A stretch of 64,000 nucleotides of DNA, from assembly GCF_009914755.1 (NCBI RefSeq), contig NC_060925.1. The stretch is one strand, 5' to 3'. This DNA comes from the human T2T-CHM13v2.0 reference genome, Homo sapiens. Made by a program: the position numbers and the translations under genes. How positions within the stretch are numbered: the stretch's first letter is position 1; each line of letters opens with the position of its first letter. Shown in pieces: positions 31,279-45,504 of the stretch. The notes beneath the pieces were generated by a model that saw nothing but the letters and a program-made list of their open reading frames with translations, did no database searches and had not been told where the DNA came from.

Positions 31279-32837
31279 TCGGGTTTCTCCTCTATAGCAA
31301 TGCAAGAATGGCCTAATACATGTAGCAAGCAATCAGTAACATGCCAGATTATTTAAGGGGTTAGCAAGAATTCATATAAGATGCCTGGTACAGAGTAGAC
31401 GCACATTAAACAATTATGATTAGTCACATGCTTAGTTGAAGAGATTAAAAAAAAGGATATGTTTGCCTAAGACATAATAGTAATGTGCCTGTCACATTAG
31501 TACATAACAGATATTAGATGACTTTGGAGAGTAATTCAGGTTTGGAACTTCTAGAAACCAAAGAAAAGGCACCGTAAGATCTTTGCAAACCTAGAGATTG
31601 AAAACCTTTTACAATAAACCACTAGAATGAATAAGATGATGTGTGTCAACTCCAAATTTCTAGTAATTTCAATGACAGCAAAACCGCACTGGTTCATATG
31701 AGCCAGAAGAAAAGGCAAATCAGAATATTTTTAAGAAAATTCAAACTTTTCATTTCAAATATTACAATATCCTCCCCCCACCCCTTTCTTGTAAAACCTA
31801 ATTAGCTGAAAGAATCATTGTTAGGTACCTTTTCTGCAGGTAGAGAAACACCTCAAGTGGAGTGTGGGGGAGACGATCAGCTTCCTCCCAGCCATTGACC
31901 ACAAACACTCCAGACCAGCAAGTCTGGAGGCCCCAAGAGCAGGCTCTCCAGAATCCTCCAATGTGACAGGCATGATCCCCAGCTTACCACCTCTAAAAGG
32001 TATCTGTCCCTGGCAAAGATGCCCCTATGAAATTAATTCTTCACTTTACATTGAATGATTCTTTGATCATGGATTAATGAGATGGTGACTAATGGCAGCT
32101 CTGAAATTGCCTGTTTTAATGAATCAATAGGAATTATTTTTAATTAGTACGCCAGTTATCTGTATGTAAATGATGCTCTCTGATGTGCTTAAGCCTTCTT
32201 GAAAGATTTATTTTCTGAATTCTGTTAAGACTCTTGTTTACAATGCTGTTGTGTTCTCTATGAGAAATCCTTTGCTAAGTAGAGGTATATTTCCAGCCTT
32301 TGTGGAATAATCCAGTTTTAGCAAGATCATCTTGACAAGGGCATTTACCATATTTAGAATAAATTGCAGGGCAGTGGATTTGCCTAGCCCAACCTAAGCC
32401 TGCCAGTGCCACAGCAAGAAGGCATTTTAATGTGTTGCAGAGCTGGTTCTCTCACCCAACCCACTGCCCTCCTCAAAGACACTCTGGTGTACAGCTCCCT
32501 CCTCCTCCTAATTTTAAGGCTTCAGGGTGGAGCCAGGGAAGGATACCTGCTGAACTTTGCCAAACCACCTTGAGCAGGGATAAAGGTATAATCCTGGGCT
32601 GGTATAATCCAACAGATAGACTTTATCTGGATGACAGTGTGCTGTCAGTGATGAGATAAAGCCAAGACCTGGCATTTTAGGATCAGTAGATTTGAATCAA
32701 AGGACATACTCAGATCATGTGCCTTAGCCCCAGTACCTCTCAAAGTGTTTTCTCTCCTAAATCTTTTTAAGTTGCTCCCTGAAAAGCAACTTTTGATTCC
32801 AAAAGTCTGACTTTGTTGAACAGGTATGTTTCTAGGG

Positions 32838-33126
<289 letters not shown>

Positions 33127-35529
33127 GTTTTTAAAAACATGTTCCTTTGGGCACTTCCCCCCACCCCCAGTTTTCTTTCTTTCTTTTTTAAAATTATCTA
33201 AGATCATTTTTCACCCACCAAAAGGCCTTTTTTAGGTTTTCTTTTTTTAGCCCGTGTACCAGAATAGTAGTTTCATTGTTGCCAACTGCAAAAGGACCTA
33301 TGTGTTGTGGATGCTGCTGTAAGCTATTTCTAAGAACAAACTAAATGGTTCTAGAAAACTAGTACATGGAGTAACTCACATATTTTCATGGAAAGCAGGA
33401 AAACCCCTTTGCCCCAGTGTTCCAGCAGCTGTCAGATCTTCTAATCATAAGCAACAATTTTCCTGGACTTGAGAATGGAAAGAAAAAAATTATATTTGAC
33501 TTAGTAATTTTCAAAGAGTAAATTATAACAAATGGTGTTAGGTTGTTCACTCCACCTTTTAAACAGCAGTTATATAGCAATATCTCTCCCCGTACCACAG
33601 GAATGTTCCCATAAACTTGGATAAACTACATAGGAAGTAGCTCACATTTTCATCTGCACAGTTTATCAGTCAACAAGTGTTCACTGAGTTCCTTTTGCCT
33701 GGCACAGCCCTAGCAGCTGCATGAAATATCTGAGCAGCGTGTAAAGACATTGCCTCCTACTTCAAGTCATTCACCCCATACGGGAGAAGCAATGTATGAA
33801 GCATCGAGGGAATAATTAAGGCAACATAGTGATATCTTGGTAAATTGTCATTTGTCTACACAGCGCCTTTCAGCACACACGAATGATTCTTCTTCATTTT
33901 CTTTTAAGAAGCAAGTATTAAAAGTGCTGCAAACTTGTAACTGCTGGACTTGATCATCTTTATTCATTCAAAAAATTTAAGCATTTACTACTAAAATTAT
34001 TTTGTGTAGATGTAGGCACTGTTCTACAACAAGTAATTTTGTAGACCACTAATGAAAGTTCAGAGAAGGATATATATTTGCACGTGTGCTTAATTCCTAA
34101 TTATATAGACTTTGGGGTAGTTCTGCCTATTGTGTGACCTTTTATGTTTACATCACATTTTCTATTTTTGACTGAGCCTACATGACCAAAGTTGTGTCAG
34201 TTCAGCATAAGTGGTGCTCTGCTTTCTAACCTTCCTAGTCCTGTGTATTTTCTGCATCATGATTTATTAACAAGTACTTAGGTCATTTAGCTGAATTGTG
34301 GAGCAAGAGAGTTAGAGCTAAGATTTCCTGATTGCCAAGGTTTTGGTTCTTTGCTTCCTCTATATTAGAGATTCTGTTAACTACTATGAGATGCACATCT
34401 TACCATCATCAATAATGCTCTAGAGACACTGCCTCTTTCTTTAGGTTTAACACCTATGTTGTGTTATCTTTTAATCAAGTTCTTAAATGTGATAGGAGAA
34501 AAAACAATGGGTGATAAATGCTTCTGCATGAATAAAAATTAACTGCACATGTAATGAATACAACTTATTTTAAAATGTCTTCTGCAGCAAAACATTGTGT
34601 TGGTTAAAAGTTACCAAGCTGAGGTTAAATGGGTTTTAATTAAAAATTACAAGCTCATCCTACCCCAAAGCACTACCACATGCAACTCTAAAAATACCAA
34701 ATGGATAAAAACCTTAAAATTGTTCAACAGCTCCCCCTAGCATACATAATTTCAGGCCGTCAGACTAGAAAGCAAATTCTAGTTATCATTTTTTACATGT
34801 CTAGTTACATGGGCACCTTCTTGACATTATTCCTGAATTGAATGTCTGAAGGTAATTATAAGCAGAGAATAGTGTAATCTAGCAAAATGATTTCTTGTGA
34901 AAATATTTTCAAAATGATTTTACTTGAACTCTGGCTATCCTCTATCCATTGTCGCTGCTTTGGTTGGCTGGTTCGAGGAGATTTCTGTTTTCTTTTGGAA
35001 CAAGCCATCTAGGAAAGAAAATACAAGGTTGGGGGAAGTTCTTAAAGAAGATTGTGGAAATCCACAAGGTGGACAGAGAATATTTAACTGTCTGGTGAAT
35101 TTTAGGAACACAGTCTCAGGGGTTTGGGCTCTTGAGCAGTTTAACCACTCTGTGACCTAGTTTCCTCCTCTATAAAATCAAGAAATGCTAATAGTACTTA
35201 TATCGTAAGGCTGTTGTGGTTACTATGCACAAAGTGAATTCTCAGAGGTGATCAACAGTCATTGTTAGCATTATTTCACCGTGGATGCTTGAATGAGGTC
35301 AGGATCTACAGCCTGCGCTCTGACATTGGAGATACCTGAATTCAAACCCTCTGAGAGACCTTAGGCAAATTGCTGAAACTTGGTTTCCTCATTTCTAACT
35401 AGAAGTAATAATAACAACTACTGCTTACTACTCTAGAGTTAGAATATATATGCAAAATACCTAGACTGGACTAGGTAGAAGAGATAGAACACAGCTGTTG
35501 GTCTTACAGAATAATAATAATAATTCTCC

Positions 35530-35831
35530 TTATTTACTTATTTATTTATTTTGAGACAAAGTCTTGCTCTGATGCCCAGGCTGGAGAGCAATGGCGTGAT
35601 CTCAGCTCACTGCAACCTGCGCCTCCCAGGTTCAAGTGATCTCCTGCCTCAGCCTCCCAAGTAGTTGGGACTACAGGAATGCACCACCATGCCCGGCTGA
35701 TTTTTGTATTTTTAGTAGAGACCAGGTTTCACCATGTTGGCCAGGCTGGTCTTGAACTCCTGACCTCAAGTGATCCAGCCTCAGCCTCCCAAAGTGCTGG
35801 GATTACAGGTGTGAGCCACCACACCTGGCCT
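35530..35831 (-). mobile_element. AluS
   Basis: Antisense dimer with (TTTA)n tail. TSD-like taataataataattctc. Confidence 0.9.
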
Positions 35832-36479
35832 AATAATAATAATTCTCTAAGGCTAAGAGAACAGGAGACAATAATACTATAACATTCTGTAAATTGGAAA
35901 GCTGAGAGAGTGAAGAGTTGCATTTCTTAGCAAACCCAAGAAAGCCAGTTATATGTAGAATGAACCAGAGGCTCAGGAATTGCTAGCACTAGGGATCTCT
36001 GGAAACCTTAGCTGGGGTCTTTTCTAATTCAGCTATCACAGGACACAGCGAGTCACCTCTGCCATGTTTCACCTGCTGCTTACACGGCACACAGTCCAGA
36101 ATTAGAAGGTGAGGTTTGAAAATTCACCTGTTTTCGTTCTGCTACCTACAGAAGTTCCACAGTAGAAAGGAAGGAGACCTGGATCAAAGGATAGGCTTTA
36201 ATTATGCCACTAACAGTATGAACTTCATCAAGTCCTTTACTCTCTCTAGACGTTAGTTACCACTGATGTAAAATGAAGGGCTAGACTAGACTGCCCTTAA
36301 AAGTGCCATCCTTGCTGTCAAACCTCATGATGTTAGAACAAAAAAGTATTTCAGGACAAGACTCTGAGGTTGACCTGGTTACTTTTCAGAAGTGTGTGCA
36401 CACACATATGCACACACATAATAAATTTAGAACAGAACAATATTGTATTCTGATATTATTCATGAGGATAATTAATAGT

Positions 36480-36720
36480 ATCTAAGAATTATTGAATATC
36501 CACCATGTTCCAGGTACTTGCACTATCTTACTTAATCTCATTTGATATAATAATAGTGTTTTATGAGAGAAATTCTGTTATCTTCAGTCTACAGATTAAG
36601 AAACTAAGGCTCTAAGAGTTTAAGTTACTTACAGACTTTAGAAACATTAAGTGGCAGAGTCTAGCTTTTAAAGATCTGGCCACCTTCAGAGCCCTGGTTC
36701 TCTAGACCTCACCATGCACC
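36480..36720 (-). mobile_element. MIR
   Basis: tacagattaagaaactaaggctctaagagtttaagttactt...taagtggcagagtctag. Confidence 0.7.
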
Positions 36721-37291
36721 TCTTTTCTGAACACTGGTGCTTCTCCAGAAAGGTCATCACATTCATTCCAGTTCCTATGATTGCTTTCAGTTTGTAGTAT
36801 GACTTTATTACCTTCAACTGGAAAATTATTTGGGGTGTCCCCCTGTAAAGTGGATTGGCATTGGAATTATAAACAAGCCAAGTACCATATTTCTCTCACG
36901 AAGTCAGTTTCCTCTGAATTCTCAAAGTCCACAGGCATGTAAAAGGCCCTGCATGTGTGAAATTACACATTATTAAAGTCCTGCATATTAAACCTTTACA
37001 GGATCTGTAGTTTTCCATTGTGACCAAACTTATACAGATCACTGTTGTTCAATAGATTACATGGCCAATTGTCCTTGGGACTGCAGACTATTTATAAATC
37101 TACAAGTAAATATTTTAACCAATCTGTGTATGTAAATTTTCTGTTTAATGTTGATTTTTGAGTATAAAAATAAGGAGAGGACATTTAATGGATGGAATGA
37201 AAGAGATAATATATTAAAAGGGGAGGGGAAGCTTAGGGGAGGATGGGGGTGAGAACTTCCAACTTTTGTTGTACGTTGTTTAAAATTGTGG

Positions 37292-39428
37292 ATTAGGGTT
37301 ATGAATGCTTTTGAGGAAGGTCTCAAAAGAAGATCCCCCAGCAAAGTAGGGAAGGGTACTTCCCGATAGGAGTCGAGGTGCCCAGGCCAGCTGCTATACT
37401 GGCACTGGGAGGAGCCCCACGTTCTGCCGTACCTGCCCCCAGGTTGGCTGCATGTGCCAGGGAGTAGTAGAAGTGCCCTGCTCAACAGGAAATGACTCTT
37501 TCCCCGCCACAGTAAACTGGGCCATCTGCTGCCCTTTTGGTTTGCTGCCTCGATTTTGCAGGTTGGAGACATTAAGGCATGAAGAAACCAAGTGACACGC
37601 TTCAATTCAGAGCCTAAAGAAGAGTAGTGACACATGTCGGACAGCTGCCGTGTTCAGCACAGTCCAGAGCGCGCCATATATATGAACTTGTTGTTCTCAC
37701 CTCAACCCTGAGAGGTGGATTTCAGTGTGTCTTTGGATGGCAAGCATTAAGAGAAGAGTCCTAACACACAGCCTCAGGTGCTTCCTCTCTATGGTGGGTT
37801 TCTTCTCCAAACCAAGACTGCTTCCCTGGTGTGCCATAAAACCACCAGGTTGGTCACAGCTCTTTTGGGGCATAGTATGTAAGGGAAATTTCACCCATGT
37901 GGTAGCCAAGAAGTGTCAAAAAGGACAAAAAAGTCAGAAGAAACCAAGCCATCTGGGACTACCAGATGATTCCTGGCAGGAAAGGCTGGCTGGTGTTGTG
38001 ATGCTGCTCTGGAGGCTGAGCTATGAACAGCTCAAGGTGAAATTTTACAAAGACTAGAGTCTCACATCCAAATGCTCGATGGAGTCAATGTGACAACAGC
38101 TGCACCCAAATCTGAGGGGCTGTATTGTCTTCTCCATCCTATAATACCATCTCCTGTCATCAGCAGCTACAGAAATAAGTCCACCTTCTCTGTGAATCAG
38201 GGTCCAGATGGCAATCCAAAGACTGTGGAATATAACCTGGGAACTTGAAGAGACGGGAACATTGTCTGTGTACAGTCTAACCATCTGAAAAACATCCTTG
38301 AGAAAGACAGTCAGGTGGCACAGTACTATGAAGTATTCCTTCCACAGTCTCCAACAGAGCCCTGCCTTCTTCATGAAGGTGGTTACTGGTGTGAGCTCAC
38401 AGTCCACACCAATAGCCTAAGGCACACAATGGCTGTCATCACATTCCATCCCCAGGAATTAAGTCCAGAGGAGCTCCATGTTCAGAAGGAGACTGTAAAG
38501 GAATTTTTCATTAAAGGTCCTGGAGCAGTCTGTGACTTGACTTCACCTGACTTCCAGGAAAGCAGGACCTGTTTCAGCCATCATCAGTCCACCTACCAGC
38601 TCTTGTTTGGGGAACCTCATATCTTTAAAGATCTCCTGGGCTTGAAGGTCTGCATCTCTCCAGATGCCTTTTTCCAGATTAACACTGCTGGTGCAGAGAT
38701 GCTGTATTGGATTGTAGGGAAGCTGAGTGCAGTGAACTCTAACACCATCCTCCTTGACATCTGCTGTGGAACCGGTGTGATCAGCCTCCCTCTGGATCAG
38801 CTACATCGCAGGTCCTTGGGATTTCGTTGGTGGGGCAGGCAGTGGAGGATGCTAGGCAGACTGCAGCCTACAATGGCATCACCAGCTTTGAGTTTCATAC
38901 TGGTCAAGCAGAGATTTTTCCAGGGCTGCTAAAGTCAAAGGAATATGGACAGTTAATTGTTGCTATGTGAACCCAGCCCATGCTGAACTGCATTACAAGG
39001 AAGTTCAAGCCATTTGAAACTTCAAGGCCCTCCGCATACTAGCTTTTGTTTCCTGCAAGCCCCGTGATGAAACCACAAGGAATGAACCACACTGAAAGTT
39101 CCAGGGGCTAATCTTGAGACAATCAGGCATGAAGACTGAGCTGTGAAATTCCAGAGATGACCTCAAGGCAGATAATCCACAACCCAGCCATTGTTGAGAT
39201 GACACCCAGCTGCACTCCAGGTGCACCATGGCTGAAGACAGCCACCAGAACAAGACACCCAGACCTTGTACCCAGCACACTCCTGCACACCTCCCATTCC
39301 ATGTTCACCATTTTAAAACCCTCTCTCTAGCCTAAAGTTTGAAGTGATACCCTTGAGGCTAGAGCCCAGGCATTCTCCTATCTGCTAGCATTTGAGAGCG
39401 ACTTTCCTTTTACCACATACACACACAA
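37292..39428 (+). pseudogene. TRMT2B (pseudogene): Processed pseudogene (retrocopy) of TRMT2B, tRNA/rRNA m5U methyltransferase
   Basis: Intronless match from ATG 37737: MASIKRRVLTHSLRCFLSMVGFFSKP...KCQKGQKSQKKPSHLG...WQERLA, YRNKSTFSVN, SPDAFFQINTAGAEMLY, SAM motif LLDICCGTGVI, FVSCK. Disabled by frameshifts (~38040, ~38800) and a stop (LGT*RDG ~38246). TSD AAAATTGTGG at 37282-37291 and 39429-39438. Confidence 0.92.
39084..39417 (+). mobile_element. ERV1-class LTR-like fragment fused to the 3' end of the TRMT2B retrocopy
   Basis: Non-TRMT2B sequence with LTR-type phrases (aaaaccctctctctagcctaaagtttgaag; ctgctagcatttga...ctttccttttaccac), ending in an A-rich tail. Family not determined. Confidence 0.5.
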
Positions 39429-39675
39429 AAAATTGTGGTAAAATATACATAATATAAAATTTATCATCTTAATCATTTTTGAGAATACAGTTCAGTGGCA
39501 TTAAGTACATTCACATTATTGTGCAACCATCACCACCATCCATCTCCAGGACTTTTTTCATCTTGCAAAACTTAAACTTTGTACCCATTAAACACTAACT
39601 CCTCCTTCCTCGCTGTTCCCAGTCACTGGCAACCACCATTCTACTTTCTGTCTCCATGAATTTGACTACTCCAGG
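39429..39675 (-). mobile_element. L1MB-type 3' UTR fragment (the retrocopy's target site)
   Basis: aattgtggtaaaatatacataa...tacagttcagtggcattaagtacattcacattattgtgcaaccatcaccaccatccatctcc. Confidence 0.8.
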
Positions 39676-40800
39676 CTGCTGTGCATTTTAGAGAAGTTCT
39701 TATGTGATACTGTGAGTATTATAAGGGAATAATATTTGATATTTATTGGCATTACAACCTAAAAGTCTTATGGTGAAAATATTTCAAAGATATTTAGAGT
39801 AAAATGATGCATGTTAAGCTCTTTTTCCTCCTTGAAGTAACTTAAAACCTATTTTTTAAAAAACACCCTGAGGTTCTTATAACTCAGCTTAAAAGTGATG
39901 GTGCCCATGCACTGGGGTGACTGCTGTTTCTTGCTCTCTTTTTCTCCCATGGAGCCACAGTCACAATTTTAGTCAAGGTTACAATGAAAGCACCACTCCT
40001 TCTCTTTGATGGTCCTCCATTCTTGTGCCTCAGCTCCAAAGGTCATTCTGCCCTTTCTGTGCCCAGCTTCATTCTGAGTGGGATTAATGTTACTGAACCG
40101 TGTAGCACACAAGTAAAGGAGGACAAATGTTCATTCGTTCTTTCTTTCAACCTTTATTGAGTACCTACCACATTACCTACTATATACAAAGATGGATAAG
40201 ACGTGAACACCGTCTTTAGGGGCTTGCATTTTATTAAGTTGAAGCATTTAAAGGAGCCTGTAGTAAGAAGAGACAGATATGTAAACAGATAAGCCAAGGC
40301 ATTGGGATAAGTCTCTGCCAAGAATAGGGAGGGAGACAGTGGTTCTACCCAGGATGAGAGGGCGTCAGCATGGTGTTTTCTTTTGCTTTTCTTCACAAGC
40401 CTGATGGAGTGTACCATGCTACCTTGACTAGCTTCTGCAGTTCCTTTTCATAGTCTCTGGAGGAACTGGAGTTGTTCCAGTGATACAGAGCAGTAGAGCA
40501 GGTGGTGGTTCGCTAATTTGGACAAGGAAGCAGCAGTTCCCATTGCCACTTGCTTCTCATTTCCATCATCAGTGGTCATTAAATGAAAGTGTGCACATTT
40601 TCCAGAGCGTGGTTGAAAGTCCTTTTGTATACAGATAAGCTAAATTCTGTTACTTGCCTTACACTTTGTCAGAGGCTGAACGTTGGAAGGTTAAATGAGG
40701 AAATGCTCATTCATTTCTGGATTATGGTATTCTCCTTTCAAATAAAATTACCTAAATAGACAACTACTTAATTTGGAGGAAAAAATAAAATTAAACTCCA

Positions 40801-40930
40801 GACTGGGTGCAATGGCAGGTGCCTCTGGTCCAAGCTACTTGGGAGGCCAAGGATGGAGAATCACCTGAGGCCAGGAGTTCGAGGACAGCCTGGGCAATAT
40901 AGCAAGACTTCCATCCCTAAAAAATAAAAT
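40801..40930 (+). mobile_element. Free Alu monomer (FLAM-like)
   Basis: Single ~120-bp monomer with A-rich tail. Confidence 0.8.
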
Positions 40931-41494
40931 AGATAATAAAACTTTGTACAAGACAGAATGATGATAGAAACTGGCTGTGACAGGGTGGTACTATTTTGAA
41001 GATTGGGGCCAGGGATGTCAGAACAGTGAGCTAGGGTTGGTAAAGGACTTACTGTTGTGAGTTCAGGAAGAGGTCACTGTGCTGTGGAGAGGACTATGGC
41101 ATAGCCATATGTCCTAAGCCAAAGCCTACAGAAGCCAAGAATTTAGGGCCCTTTAACTGAGTCTTCAAAAAGTAGCATGGACACTGCAGTCTGGTCTATC
41201 CAAATCATCCTCGAAACTGCAGTTTCCTCTTGATAATAGGTAAAGGATATTTATTTGAGGGAAAAGCTGCCACTTAGTTATGTAATATCATTCTGCCTTG
41301 TTCACCCTAGAACAAGGAATTAGGTAGAGGTGGCAAACAAATTTTATACTATATTAAATAAGATTTAAATATATATTTTTCAGGCACAACTTTTTTATTT
41401 TTTTATTTTCGCTGTGTTTTTAAATCAGTAAAAGACATGGGATCCTAGAAGCTGCAGTGATCTAAGTAGCAGCAAGTTTGCGCGTATATCCTTT

Positions 41495-41622
41495 TTGTTT
41501 TGTTTGTTTGAATGTTTAAATAATGTTTAATAAGTTTAAATTATGTTAAATATGCTGAAATGTGTTAAATATGTTTATGTTTAATTGTTAAATATGTTTA
41601 AATTGTAATGTTGTTTAAATTA
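41495..41622 (+). repeat. Degenerate AT-rich ~10-bp tandem repeat (TGTT(T)AAATA-like)
   Basis: aatgtttaaataatgtttaataagtttaaattatgttaaatatgctgaaatgtgttaaatatgttt... Confidence 0.7.
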
Positions 41623-41989
41623 TCACACTGCTGCCACAGTCCCCTTGCATGAAATTCTGCACTATACATACTAATTGTAGTAAAGTTACCCCTATATCTC
41701 AGGCAGGGCAAACAACTCTGGAAGATAATTTTCACTGAAGTCTAACCAAACTTCATTAAATGGATTCTGATAAGATTATAAATGACATGAAAAATAATAT
41801 TTTAACATCAAGTCATCAATTTAAGAAAAGGGTGTGCTTAGACACATTTTTAAAGTTTTTAAAAAGTAATATTCTACCCTCCTATAGTCCTCAGAATTAA
41901 AGCATAGTGAACAGGAAAGAAAAGGAAAATAATGCAACTGAGTGCTAAGGCAGAACATCTTGCCAGATGTAATGAAAGTGGCGTATTCA

Positions 41990-42643
<654 letters not shown>

Positions 42644-43897
42644 TGTTTAACAACTGGCTTTACCTAGTATCAATGCCGGCTATATGTATTACTTGGTCAA
42701 CTTGAATGACCGTTTAGAAGAATTTTGATTGCCTTTCGAGTAGGCTTTATCTTACCAGTTATACCTGGTCCCTCTACCCCCTGTTGTTTGCTGGAGACAC
42801 TTCATCCCTTTCCATGACTTGCCTGGCTTTGACTTGCTTTGGGCTGGAAAGGGGCAGCTGCTGTTTATCATCTATGGCCATTGGGGGATTTCCAGGATTC
42901 TTGCCCTGTCATTAAAATTGTGTGTCCCTTCCAGACCTCTCTCATCATTAGATATTGGAACATAAGGGGGGAGTTTAAAAATATGTGGACTGCTCTTTTC
43001 CTCATCCTCTTTAATTTATATAGATTTGGCCTTTTTAAGAATGTAAAGTATTTATTGAAAAAGATGGACATGCAGAGTTTCTATCCCCTCTTGACCAGTA
43101 ACTCTATGGCCTTGTTTCCTTGATGTTCTTCTTAATGTTCTCAACTGTGGGAATGCTTACCTCATATAGTTGTTATGAGGATTGAATGATAACAATTAAT
43201 ACAGATAACAGCAATAATAGTAATGGCTGGCATCTATTGGGCTCTTACCACATGGCAGGACTTGTGCCTGGCATTTCATCTGCACTAACTCAGTTAATGT
43301 CCACAGGCCTTAGTCAGGTGTCTGGCTCTTGGGAGGGGTGCTGTCAATGAGAGCTATTATTTTTGTTGTTATTGTGTTTATGATTACAAGAGACCATAAG
43401 AGACAAGGAATCAAAAGCTGTGTTTCTCCATTATCAGATTATCAAGGGAACATCAGTGAAGAATATACATAAGACCTCATGTAAGGAACAAATTAAGCAT
43501 GATTGTGTCTGTATTCTAGCAGTTTATCATCTACAACATACAATTATTTGAGAGAGGAGGCGTAGGAAGAGGGAGCGAGGGAGCGAGAACATGCATATAG
43601 GTAAATGGACCAGTATACATGCTATTCTGTTCTGTTTTGTAAGCATGTTTTCTGGAAAATGACTGTTAGACAGCAGATGTAGCACTCACATTTGTGAGTT
43701 TTCATTTCAGCAGTTTACTGAAGTGAAATTTAGAGAAATGGGATAAAGTCTCTAACATTTCTAGTAAGTTCTATCAATCAGAAAACCCTGGAGTTTGGTA
43801 AAGTCATTGTTGAAGATGATCATTGGTAAAAGTTTCTACTGCATTATGGTATAAGCCAGGATCCATGCAAGATTTTTTTTAAAAAAATTATGCTTCA

Positions 43898-44192
43898 GGC
43901 CAGGTGCGGTGGCTCACGCCTGTAATCCCAGCACTTTGGAAGGCTGAGGCAGGTGGATCATGAGGTGAGGAGTTTGAGACCAGCCTGACCAACATGGTGA
44001 AACCCCATCTCTACTGAAAATACAAAAATCAGCCACGCATGGTGGCATGCACCTGTAATCTCAGCTACTCAGGAGGCTGAGGCAGGAGACTCGCTTGAAC
44101 CAGGAGGCGGAGGTTGCAGTGAGCCAAGATCACGCCACTGTACTCTAGCCTGGGAGACAGAGCGAGACTCCTTCTCAAAAAAAAAAAAAAAA
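43898..44192 (+). mobile_element. AluSg-like
   Basis: Full dimer with 2-bp deletion (ggatcatgagg). Confidence 0.9.
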
Positions 44193-44378
44193 ATACACTT
44201 CAGTCAAGTGGATGCCACCTTGTATGTAAGTCTCATGGTGTAGGCACTCTCTCAGCCCATGATCACTCTGGATGCTTGCAGAGATCTTCTGTCAGAATCA
44301 ACTTTGTTTCTAATGGAGGAAAAAAAACTATTTTAATATAGTCATTATTGCTGTATGTCATTGTAAACAGCCTATTAA

Positions 44379-44885
<507 letters not shown>

Positions 44886-44964
44886 TTAACAGTTACTTTG
44901 AAAAAATAATATGATAAGTGGTGAATAATGTGGAGTATTGGTGGCCTGGAATTAAAAATTCAAC

Positions 44965-45098
44965 CTGGATGACAGGTTCATTCATACCCCAAACCTCAGC
45001 ATCAAGCAATATATCCTTGGTACAAACCTTCACATGTACCCCCTGAATATAAATTAAAAGTTGAAATCTTTAAAAAATTAAAAATAAAATAAATAAAA
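44965..45098 (+). mobile_element. Very short L1PB/L1PA 3' end
   Basis: ccccaaacctcagcatcaagcaatata...cacatgtaccccctgaat...aaaagttgaaa plus A-rich tail; aaaaattcaa on both sides. Confidence 0.75.
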
Positions 45099-45138
45099 AA
45101 TTCAAACTGCCTTTTACTTCAAAGTAGAAATGAAGATA

Positions 45139-45504
<366 letters not shown>

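Larger units (their letters stand above)
30313..31320 (+). mobile_element. MST (MaLR, MSTA/B-like) solo LTR interrupted by Alu sequences
   Basis: TG...CA termini (tgatataatttggatatttgtcccc...gcaatgcaagaatggcctaataca). 5-bp TSD TGTAG at 30308-30312 and 31321-31325. Confidence 0.88.

Noticed and set aside
37057-37635. 192-aa minus-strand ORF
   Set aside because: No recognisable homology. It straddles the retrocopy boundary and AT-rich flank, so it is probably a chance ORF.
38315-38932. 205-aa ORF (and 110-aa ORF 37725-38057) as a functional methyltransferase gene
   Set aside because: These are fragments of the TRMT2B retrocopy, separated by frameshifts and a stop. The C-terminal catalytic motif is absent.
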